In this document: positions 50,701 through 60,050 of the stretch, in pieces
Layout: the number at the start of each line of letters is the position of its first letter
How positions within the stretch are numbered: position 1 is the first letter of the stretch
Assembly: GCA_973895155.1 (NCBI GenBank)
Contig: OZ316894.1
Coordinates: 8,208,234-8,272,233, forward strand
Origin: Marsupella aquatica
Taxonomy: Eukaryota; Plantae; Marchantiophyta
DNA: 64,000 bases
Reading direction: 5' to 3'
The notes under the pieces: model-generated
What the model saw: the letters and a program-made list of their open reading frames with translations, nothing else
What the model was told of the DNA's origin: nothing
Database searches by the model: none
Position numbers and translations under genes: made by a program

Positions 50701-52409
50701 CTTTTCTTTCTCCAGTAGTTTCAGCAGACTCTGCATGCCTGGTTGCTGCATCGGCAAGTCTTCCTTCCTGGGCCTAAACACCTGCTCGATCGTAGGACTA
50801 ACAGGTGGTTGAGGCTTCTCAGCCAACGGCCTCGGCGTTGGAGCTTCCTCGGGTGCCCTTACCTGCAGGGGAAGTACCGGGGCAAAAGTCTGACCTCTGG
50901 CATACCGGCACAACAGCGGCATGTGATAGCCCAGCCGCGACACGCTCCCCATGCCGATTACCTGCTGCTCCTCCTTTAAGATCTTCTTCAATTGGTTGAG
51001 GAGGTACCCGTTGTAGTCCCGGCTTGGGTCTGGCCTTTCTGCCAGATAGACCTGTGCCTTGCCGATCTCTGCCCTCGGCAAGTTACAATGCATGGTCACC
51101 CGCAAGAAGTCGATCATCTCTCCTATGTGCGGGTTGGTGCAGGTGTTCCGGAAGAAGCCATTCTTCGTTGATGGCCCGGGGAACGACCGGAACTCCTTGT
51201 CAGGCAAGGTCTTCCTGGTATCAACTTTGGTCTTATTGCCTATCGGCAGGCCAAACACTTCGGCAATTACCTTGGGAGTAAGATAGAAATCCTTCCCATA
51301 TATCCTCGTGCAATTGGTCTCGGGTTCCCATGACCCCACGAATTCTAATAGGTCTGACTCCGGTACCTCCGGCTTCAGCCATGGTAATCTTACAAAGGCC
51401 TCCAAGCCGGATCCGGCCATGAAGCCTTGGTACTTCTTGGTCTGCATGGCCGTAAAGCATGCATCCTCCTCCCGTGCAAAATGTAGTTGCACCTCCACCG
51501 GTAGGGTTGCCGCCCAGCCCTTCCAGGTGTCATCCCTGGTTGGAATGGCCTTGATGGGATCGACCTCCTCCTCTTCGGCTTCTCCCTGCCTCCTGCTCTG
51601 CTGCTCGGCTGGCTTCTTTGGTGCCGCCGACCTCGTTCTTTTTGCCGGGGTGGCTTCATCGTTGACGGCTCCCTTCCTCTTCATCTCTGCTGCCGTGGAG
51701 GTTTCTCCTAGCACCGTTGCCTGGGTCCACCTTTCCGTGCTACCCTTTAATTCCCAGTGTATGTCGTTGCAGTTCTTGATGGCCTCTCGGATGCCGACGA
51801 CGCTGTCTTTGCAAAACAGAAGATCGTCGAGTTGATTGGAAGTAGGCATCCACAGGAACTCGTCCTTGATGAGTTCGCCTCCTAAGAAAGCCGTCTTCTG
51901 CAGCTCCCACAATCGAGCGAGCTCCTGCCGTTCTCGAGCTGCCCTTTCTGATTCCTCGTCCTCGTAAGTCTTGATGTACTCAGTTGCCCGTTCGAACAGG
52001 CATCCCCAGAAATGTGCCGCTTGATTGACGTTGCTCATACCCTCCTTAGGTCGATCGTCGGTATCTACTCTCTCCCCGAGTGCTTGCCTAAGCAGCTGAC
52101 AGTAGTTGGCCTCCCGTAGTCGTCTGCCTAGTTCGTGCTCGCAAATGAGCCACCATCTCCTACAAGCGCTCCTTACCTCTCCTCTACCGGTCCTTCTTCC
52201 CGTTGATCCTTCCTAGCCGCCGACGCTTAACGCGCCCTAACCCTAATCGGGTTTTCACCCTCAGCCTTACCTCCGGCCTCGGCCCGGGTTCCATGGTTGC
52301 CCCTAATTGTTTATATTTTCCTTGTTTTGTCCCTATACTAAGGTGTTCCTAGGGTGCCTTCCTGCTTTACCCACTTAACCGGCCGAGTGATTCCTGTCTA
52401 GGCATCACA
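47743..52409. mobile_element. 4667-bp solo-LTR-like insertion with TG...CA ends and a 5-bp TSD
   Basis: Ends TGTGGTGC...GCATCACA (7/8 inverted); TSD CTTCT at 47738-42 and 52410-14; no internal LTR pair, PBS, gag or pol seen; more GC- and CpG-rich than its flanks. Confidence 0.88.
48664..52038 (-). CDS. 1124-aa retroelement accessory protein: plant-mobile-domain/transposon-protein-like N-region + long coiled coil
   Basis: Intact intronless ORF; LLEFVGSWEPETN...GKDFYLTPKVIAEVFGLP resembles PMD-type segments; ~250-aa E/K/Q-rich heptad region. Confidence 0.65.
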   Translation of the reverse strand: MSNVNQAAHFWGCLFERATEYIKTYEDEESERAARERQELARLWELQKTAFLGGELIKDEFLWMPTSNQLDDLLFCKDSVVGIREAIKNCNDIHWELKGSTERWTQATVLGETSTAAEMKRKGAVNDEATPAKRTRSAAPKKPAEQQSRRQGEAEEEEVDPIKAIPTRDDTWKGWAATLPVEVQLHFAREEDACFTAMQTKKYQGFMAGSGLEAFVRLPWLKPEVPESDLLEFVGSWEPETNCTRIYGKDFYLTPKVIAEVFGLPIGNKTKVDTRKTLPDKEFRSFPGPSTKNGFFRNTCTNPHIGEMIDFLRVTMHCNLPRAEIGKAQVYLAERPDPSRDYNGYLLNQLKKILKEEQQVIGMGSVSRLGYHMPLLCRYARGQTFAPVLPLQVRAPEEAPTPRPLAEKPQPPVSPTIEQVFRPRKEDLPMQQPGMQSLLKLLEKEKKSASATTTATATMQDTTTEVGLHWLTRENPFAGDKERIRPESKPGVRMYVGTSSSESEAELPEAPTDEEEREKPDVQEVEEAVEDCSHDNSGYGSDHHVPGVRTCGRFVPTLPRVVRGDPNQQSSPESPPPDVAPPSFDGIKQTMQEFQERIKQEEEAALAKKKDLPGGDWPEDIRRLAKKGSKPLATIEEIRRTAWEQRPRWAMPITSTYSTYAKNRAMEYGEMCGELALGIFGEELEVGPFFHREQLEKHQLEEAVALERSKKDEVIRRLRRMEAEIEDLRAAKKAQDELRIKRHELNIMQGQLDTAQADNQNIKDKLTQTQEELADTIKEREKWKQELKNTEEAHITANSRTMAETQRKEWALKGELEKIRGALEQKEAELGKSYQGIMALQQELASLTASFKADLREKDEMLEQTYAKMNQMESVIIAELDKELKATQEERTTLKQEREEAQKELEEARKDLDETQEELEEITRKMENLQRRADNQTERLKKQAAVFRCLSSSGPTPIGATKLPGVVLAEEKAAPTAPVPEVSGKGKGPAAEPEKKKKRKPSGSRSNPTPQAVVTKEVEPAPSSDMNTAIDPAMITGRDGAAQAELLSKEASIPDPPLEQAGETVAEAEAVTDSRADADTDGGPSQADGELTQSRAGNLSGNEPTAVAEEEALGASIKDPPPVS

Positions 52410-53480
52410 CTTCTCTCTCACTGGAGGGTAAAGTTGACCAATGTCAACGGTCACGGTCTCCTCTTGAACACCACATCTTCCCAGAATCTCCTCCTGGTAC
52501 AATACCCGTGCATCCATTGACATTGATTGAGCCTTTTGCTCCAAATGCGTTGGAATTTTCTCCAAAGTCTTCTTTTTTGACTTTGTAGCACTGGGCTCGG
52601 TAGGCTCAGGAGTCATAGCAGGTCGCTTCTTTGAAGAAATGCGAGTTCCAGTTGTACCTTGTGCCGACCCACCAGTCAAAGCCGTTCCCTGGGATGATCT
52701 GCCAACTTGAGATCCCCCTCCAGATGCTGCTGCTTCCCGGGAGGTTGTAGGCGCTACCACGGTCAAAATATCATTGGGTAAAATGCTAGGCCTGGATCCA
52801 GAAGGAACACCGAAAGCCCCAGATTTGGGTGGACGACTTACCCCCTTCTCTGCCGACCTTTTCCGAAGAATCTCTCTTGATTTTCGGATTGCACTCTTTA
52901 AAGTGCTAGCGTGAAATTCGAACACAAAACCGGAAATCTTTCCCGCGACGTCGTGGTAACGTTCCTCACTCGAAAGAGACTTGACAGTCTCAATGATGCT
53001 ATCGATGTCCTCATCGAGATAGCAGGTGGCAGCCGTTCCAGAAAACCTCTCCACATCCATGACAATCAAAGTTGATGTTTCCTTCGTTGTGATCAACATG
53101 TTCACAACTTCGTCACCCCATCGAAATACATCGATGCGGCCGTAATTTACCCACCCTAATGCCCCCGATGGAAGCCCCTCAAATACACACAGCATTAGGA
53201 AGGGCTTCTTCCATGTTTCCGTCCCTAAGGAAATCGTCCAGGATGAGTTGTGGAAGTCCGTCAAAGGATGGCGCGAAAAGATGTCATCCACCAGCTCTTC
53301 TTGCGACATTGTCATGTTTTTGCCTGATCTTCAAACCTGAGAACATACCACAAAATCAGTCCACTTCAACCCCAACCTGCGAGACAAAGTGCCACAGAAC
53401 GAAGGAATGTGCCAATAAATGGCTACTAAAGCCGTGTCCTTACGGATCTAACAATGCTCTCGACCACCCCAGGACTCCTA

Positions 53481-54015
53481 TCATGAATTCATGAAGGGAG
53501 TCTCCCTCTCGCTCCGACCTTCATGAATTCATGAAGGGAGTCTCCTCTCTCTTTGCTTGTACACCTCGGTGATGCAGAAGGCTATTTAAAATAGGGTTCA
53601 GAGGGGGGGTGACGTGAAGAAATCACCCAGGGCCTAAATTACTACCTAAAACAGGGTCGAAATGAAGTGCAACCGCGACAACTCGTGACACGTCGCCGAT
53701 GAGTGCTGAAAATGGCACGAAATTGGACAACGAGATTGTTTTTCACTCTTTTACAAAGGAAATCCAAATGACATTGAGTGAAAATGAATGGGCTGCCCCG
53801 TGTTCCTTGGTTATACATACTAATCATGGATCAGGCGCGACTTAGTAAAATTAACCCCGAATCATGATAAATCAATGTTTTCGGGCTAATTATTCATGAA
53901 TATTTTGGGATATTAACGTGAAAAAGCTTGCAAATTTCATGAATATTTGATATTTTTGAAGTTAAAAAGTCCCAACAATCCGTGAAAAACTATAAATAGG
54001 CTCGTTTATTCATGA
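53481..54015. promoter_or_regulatory. Bidirectional intergenic region of element B with a TCATGA palindrome cluster
   Basis: TCATGA at 53481, 53489, 53521, 53529, 53862, 53894, 53937 and 54010; 40-bp-period duplication of tcatgaattcatgaagggagtctcc; TATAAATA at ~53991 ahead of the transposase. Confidence 0.6.
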
Positions 54016-54095
54016 CTCTTGGTCATTATTTTGAGAAGATTTGTTAGATTTTACTGATTTTCTGAGTTTCTTGTCAATTTGCACTAGTTTTTCGA

Positions 54096-57000
54096 ATGGC
54101 GGCATGTTACGAATCAGATGATTATTCAGATGGAGTTTCTGATGATGTTTCATTGCTGGATGGCCCCTGCACAGTGGTTGGTCCAGATATCCCTGGAATA
54201 ACTACTGTTTTAGATATGCCACCCCCACCCCTATGAGCAAGTTAAAACGTAGTCCTTTACGACTTGCAATTAGTGGGAAGAAATCATTGGTCGGTGGTAA
54301 AGAGAGGTCAGGGAGCTCCTCTGACTCCTTGGAGAGTATTGGTCCCCCTGGACGTCAAGTTGTATCTCCTTTGTCACCAACAAAGGACAAATTGGGGAGT
54401 AATCTGGAAGGTTCAATGCCTATTTGGATGTCTGGGAAATGGTCTCATGAATTCATGAAGACTGGATTTGGAAAGACGAAGAAGGCACTAAGTGGGGAAA
54501 ATGATAGAGATTTTTGCAGTCTCCAAAGTGTTCAGCGGCTAAAGCAAATGCCAAAAAGTAAAACCTTTGGTAAGCCAACGTCGGAAACATTTCACAGGGG
54601 GATGAGGGAAGAAACTAGACGACCAGTGTTATTGAAAAGTATTCCAGAAAAGAATTCTAATGTGCGTTCCTCAGTTTTACCTAGGAGTCATGGTGTTGGG
54701 GCAGGGAGCGGATCAAGTCACGGAAACTCAAACAGGGAAACGAACCTGGTGGAGAGGGACCCTAGGAAAATATTGAAAGGGTCCCTACACGGTAATGGAG
54801 GGATTTCTGAAATACGCCCAGGTATTCCAAGGCTGCATAGAGTGAAGGAAGAGCCTCCATCTCCGGAGGCTGCAGGTCTGGAATCTAGGCATGTTCAGAA
54901 GCAAATGTTGGTGACCATTTCATCATCGAATGAAAGCGAGTCTTCGGAGAGTGGGGAGGATGATGATGTTCCGGTGGCATCTAGTCGTTACAAACGTACG
55001 AGCAACGCCACTTTGTGTGAAACAAAGTTGAAAGAGGAGGATATCAAGAAAACAAATAGTAAGTACTGTTGTCAGAGTCATTGTCTCCTAAGTCTATCTC
55101 CAAAAGAAATTCGTGAGGCGCGTTCTAAATTTTTGAGGCAGAAATCTTAGGATCGATCTTTATCTTTGCAGTGGCTTATAAAGCGAGACGGAAATGAAGG
55201 AGGGAGGCAGACTATATCTTACACGTTTGGTCAAAAGAGTATTTGTCGGAAAGCTTTCAAGCTTATATTTTGCGTTGGCAATCATAGATTAAATAGAATT
55301 TTGAAATTAGACAACCAAGACTTAGGATATTCTAAACCAGTTGGACGCCCTCCATCTGTTAAAAGATTAGTCTTGGTCAGTTGGCTTAGGTCATTTTTTG
55401 AGACACGCGTGGAAACATTGCCAAATAAAGAAGTTTCACATTTACCGGATAATTATTCAAAGCTGGAGGTATGGAAGATCTACGACTCCAACTATGCCAA
55501 GATTGATGAATCATCAAAAATATCCTATCGACAATTCTTGAAAGTTTGGGTTCAAGAATTTGGTCATGTGAAGATTCCTCCAGTCAATCGATTCAGTGCT
55601 TGCGCGGATTGCGAGGAGTTCAAATCAATTCATGACAAAGCTGTCTCGGAGACCGAAAAGAGTAAGTTACTTACAAGTTTGACAAGTTTTTGTTTCAAGA
55701 ATATGGCTTAACACATGATTTCTAATTTTTTTTGAAGAAACTAACAAGTTGTTTTTCCAGGGCGAGGGGAAATTATGTTACAAAAACATAGAGACCAACA
55801 ATCCAAAGAACGTGAGAAACTCGCGAAGCATCGTAAGAAATGTTTTTCAAATTCTGATAAATATTTGGGAGTTGTCATTGATGGGATGGATCAGAAGAAG
55901 ACAAGGTTGCCTCATTGGCCGCGGCCCCCAAAATTGGTGGACGAAACATGTTTGATCCAAATGCACGTTGTCGGATGCCTGGTTTTCAATGGTGCACTAT
56001 TTTCAAGAGTGTTTCTTAATTATCCTGTATTGCATAATGATGGAAACTTGACAGTCACAATCCTGCAAAGGGTGTTTCACGAATGGGAAGAAAAGCCTGG
56101 TGGCTTGCCGCATGTTCTCTATCTTCAACTTGATAATACCAGTAGAGAAAATAAAAATAATTTACTCTTTGCCTATCTTCATATGTTGATTCGAAGAAAG
56201 GTTTTTCAGAAAATCAAACTAGGATTCTTGTTGGTTGGACACACACACGACCAAATAGATCAAATGTTCAGTCGATTTTCTAAACGACTAGCAAGGTTTA
56301 AGGCATTCACATACGAAAGCCTATGTGATATTATTTGTGAATCATATCAACCCCAACCAAATATCACTCTAGGAAACATATGATTTCCGTCAATATGCCT
56401 TCTCAGATCCACCTTTAGTCATTGAAAGGATTCGAAATGTTACCTTCCACCACCAGTACAAATTTGCATTTGAAAAGTTGGAAAATCAAGTTCCAACCCA
56501 ATGGGGGAAGAAGTTTTCCACGGACTCAACTTGGAAACCTGACGGAGGCGTGAAATTTTTGAGGGAAGAGGAGCCAGAAAAGGTGATGGGTTGTGCTCCC
56601 GGATTACCCCTTTTCAAAAAGGGGGATAAGAACGTTACAAGGACTCAACCAAATATGTCTAGTTCTTCAAGAATGACTTTGAAAGAGATGGATGATTCGT
56701 TAAATGAGATTCAAAAGGGAATACTTGCAGTTGAAACTTTATTCTCAGAAGAGGAAGTGAACTGGTGGAGAATGTTTTTTGAAGAGCAACGGGAATTGAA
56801 TAAATCTTTGCTCCTTGATCAAAGACCATTGATTTTCCCTTTTCAATGGCCACGCTCCCAAAGGGAGATTGCTGTTGCTGCTGAAGTTCCCAGAGTCCTT
56901 GTCAATGAAGAGGAAATTGAAGAGAGAGTATACGGACCTACCAGAGATATATACGTGGGTCGTTATCGGAATCAAGGAAAGATAGATGCAGAGAAGGAGA

Positions 57001-57488
57001 ATATGGAAGGAGACTTTTCGGATCTTGAAGTCAACACTTATATTTCTGTTGCTGGAGAAGAATCGGAAACATTTTGGGTGGCCAAGGTGGAAAGAATTGA
57101 CCAGCGCGACGAGTTCAACATTCCAAAAATGATTTATGTTTTATGGCATGCTACAAAAACCGGGTCAGATCCTTGGAAAGCCAAGTACTTACCAGAAGTC
57201 TTAAACTACGAAAAGAAGAAAAGTGGTCGTGGGAAAGGAACTTTGAAACCAATATGGTTTCACCAAGAGCTTGATTTATCTTCAACGACTGTTTTTGCTT
57301 ACAACTTCATGTTGACAAAATCTGATACATTGTACAAAAAGACAGTAGATTGAATCAAAATCCGATTGACTGAATTTTTGGCAGAAGAGAAAGAGCAAGA
57401 ACAAGAGAATGGATCAACTAGAACCCCGCTAGGAGATAAATCTAGGGATATTTCGTTTCAAGAATTGAGGACTTCTGGATCTGAGTAA
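54096..57488 (+). pseudogene. Transposase B: DUF7869/Sola-like DDD/E transposase, several lesions
   Basis: YCCQSHC, FSACADCEEF, VVIDGMDQKK, LYLQLDNTSRENKN, FLLVGHTHDQIDQMFS, C-terminal FWVAKV. In-frame stops at 55148 and 57351, frameshifts ~54225 and ~56370, intron ~55662-55760. Confidence 0.78.
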
Positions 57489-59619
57489 TGAAAAGTAGTT
57501 ATTGTTTGTGACATTACCATTGAAAAACATGGATAACTTGAAATTTTACAAATTTTCAAAATGCCTTTACCACTTATTCATGAATTCATGGTTAAAGTTT
57601 CTTGAGAAATTTGTAGTTTAATATTATCTTAGTGGGTTGTGTTTCAATTCAATTAGATGGTGTCATTTCTATTCTCCTTGTCTTCTTTTCACAATAATGT
57701 GTATCAGGTTAAGTTGTAGTAATTTATTTTCTGGGTTTTAAATGACAATGGCTTTTGGAGGTGATTTAGTTGTTGTTTCAAAAGACACCTCGTGTAATTG
57801 TGAGACCATTGTAGATAATAGTGTTGTATTTGAGATCATTTATTGGTGGAATGTAACTTCAGATGAATTTGGTCATTTTTAGGTGTCAAAACATAGCTAG
57901 TTTATGTCATATTTTGTTCGCTCCATATTTTTGCTCTAAAATAGGTGCTAATTTTTGCACTTTTTGTGACTTTTTCGTTGTTTTTCTGATTTTTTGGCTA
58001 GAGTTCCTAAAGTATGGGCTTGTTACTCATCATTTAAGGCTTCTTGTTTAAACCCAAAATAAAAGATTTGGTGCGATTCAAGTTTAGGGTTAGTAGCCCA
58101 AAATGTGGTTTTGAATGAGTAATTTTTACGAATCTACTTTAAAGATTTCGTAATTTTAGAGATCAGTAAAAATTAGTTGTTGAGGACGAAAACCGCATTG
58201 GCTGGCTTTGGAACAAGGATACTAGCCCAAAATAATGCTCTTGACTGTTGTGATTTAAGGACTTTGTGTTCAGTTTAGGAATATGCACTGTCAAATCCGT
58301 ACAAAGGTAAGTACGTCAAAACCGAACGATAAGTTTTGGAAGGTGTAGAAACGGAAATCTAACGGGTTGAATAACGGGTAAAGAAATGTTATATCCCTAT
58401 GAAACAGAGCCTGGGTGCCATATTCTAATGATTATACAGATACTTTATTCTGATGGTGAGGCTTCACGATTATAGGGTGGCCACCTTTTGGACACCAAAT
58501 CGCCCTGGGTTAAGGTTCCCTAAATCCCATAATGTGCCACCTATCTTGTCTAAAGTTCAATAATGTGTTGTCAATATGGTGGACTGCAAACAACCCTTCT
58601 TTGGACGCAGACAGCACTTTTCATTCATGAATAATTCCTACATTCTTGGCCTAGTCCATCTGGGTCGCAACTCTCATAGGAGTGGTCCACATGAGCAATG
58701 TCTTCCAGTTTCAACCACAAATATTCAAGGAATGGGATCGAAAGAAAAATTCAGGGCCTTGATTGCAGACTGAGTACTATGACTGAGGAGGATGGGCAGA
58801 AGCGTGCCCATTCACAGCGGACCCATATTGGGAGAGAAGAAGGGTGGTCCGGATTATATACAGTGAGACGAGGGTTTGCAGCCATTGCACTTATCAAACA
58901 TTACGAAATTTATCAATAGTTTTAATAATTAATCAAATTCCAGGTATTTTTTAATTTTAATTTTTTTGTTGTTGTGCATTTTATTTTATTTTCAAAAAGG
59001 GAGCACGGCCCAGATGTACTTAAATTCCAGGTATTGGGAAATGCAACCTAATAGTATTTTCTTTTATCAGAATCCTGATAAGTGCAATTTATCAATACAT
59101 GCAACTTCAATCAGTCCACTATCACACTTAGGACAATTCCACAGACAATTCAAATGGTTGTACTAGCTAACTGTTAATTGCTATTTCTACATTGCACTTA
59201 GTTACTACTGTGCCTTATTTGCTAAAGATTTTAGCACTAATCAGGTATTGAGGGAAACTGTAATTTATTTGTTAAAAAGCGGGGTTAAAAGTACTGTTAG
59301 GCCTAAACTGAAAGCACTTGTTGTTGGACTTCACTATATAAAGCTGCACTTATGGACGTCTAACAGGTGTCACCTTTAATTATTGTCTTGGGGCTGCACA
59401 TTCCTACAAATGGCTATATATTCCATAGTATATGACCATGAAATATAATCTGTCGAATCTAATGCTTAAAACAGTTGTCTTATTGTGTCTAACCTTAGTT
59501 CTTGAAAGCAAAACAAAGTTTCAACAACTTAACTTTACTAACATTAATAGAAGTTTATTACTCTTCGCACCTAACATGAGCATGGAACCTGACCCTTCCA
59601 GAGCCATTTTTCCTTAGTG

Positions 59620-60050
59620 TCCTCATTTCCCCACTCATGGAAATCTTGATAATCCTGCAAAACTCCTCCCGGCCTCTTGGATGTGTCATTGATCATTCTC
59701 TGATAGAACCCAGCCCTCTGAGAGTCCTTCTCACCTATGCCCTCTGTTCCCACTCACGAAAATTCCAGCAGAACTGTCTGCAAAAGTCCTCCCCCATGGA
59801 ACGGGCCTTTAACAGTCCCTTTTGCTGCACCCTCTCTTCCCACTCATCCCTGGATCACCACTCTATCATGGAACAGGGTCCCCTTTGTTGGCGCCCTCTC
59901 TTCACCCTCATGAAAATCTTGGCTGTCCTGGGAATAGAAAGTCCTCCCTCTCACAAGAGTCATCATCCTTATGAGAGTCCCTTTTGCTGCGGACCACCCT
60001 CTCTTCCCAGTGCTCATGAAATCAAAGTCCTCTCTCTTGAATGGCAAATC
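59620..60050. repeat. Degenerate local repeats (C-rich, ~90-180 bp period)
   Basis: ttcccactca(t/c)g(g/a)aa(a)t and agtcccttttgctgc...ccctctcttccca recur. Confidence 0.5.

Larger units (their letters stand above)
45584..53315 (-). pseudogene. Gene B: ParB/Srx-like domain fused to a beta-class N6-adenine/N4-cytosine DNA methyltransferase; interrupted by a 4.67 kb insertion
   Basis: Removing 47743-52409 plus one TSD restores the frame ...GQLYPPVREKVVGLPIYQVRHIE... ParB-like VIGGNHS; motif IV LALVDIPYG precedes YQKPRALL and motif I VLDICSGSGT..GRHCVAIEID. Introns 46724-46813 and ~46146-46249; the second has a phase mismatch suggesting a 2-nt loss in NCVWVK. Confidence 0.85.
45200..58520. mobile_element. 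Family-B DNA transposon: divergent ParB-MTase gene and DUF7869/Sola-like transposase, with imperfect subterminal inverted repeats
   Basis: gggtaaaaacaagaagccttaagggatgagtccaaagcc (~45256-45294) is an imperfect reverse complement of gggcttgttactcatcatttaaggcttcttgtttaaaccc (~58016-58055). Exact termini and TSD not resolved; the left end abuts the Copia LTR. Confidence 0.6.

Noticed and set aside
48424-51835. Many plus-strand ORFs inside the 4.67 kb insert
   Set aside because: Antisense shadows of the GC-rich 1124-aa ORF.
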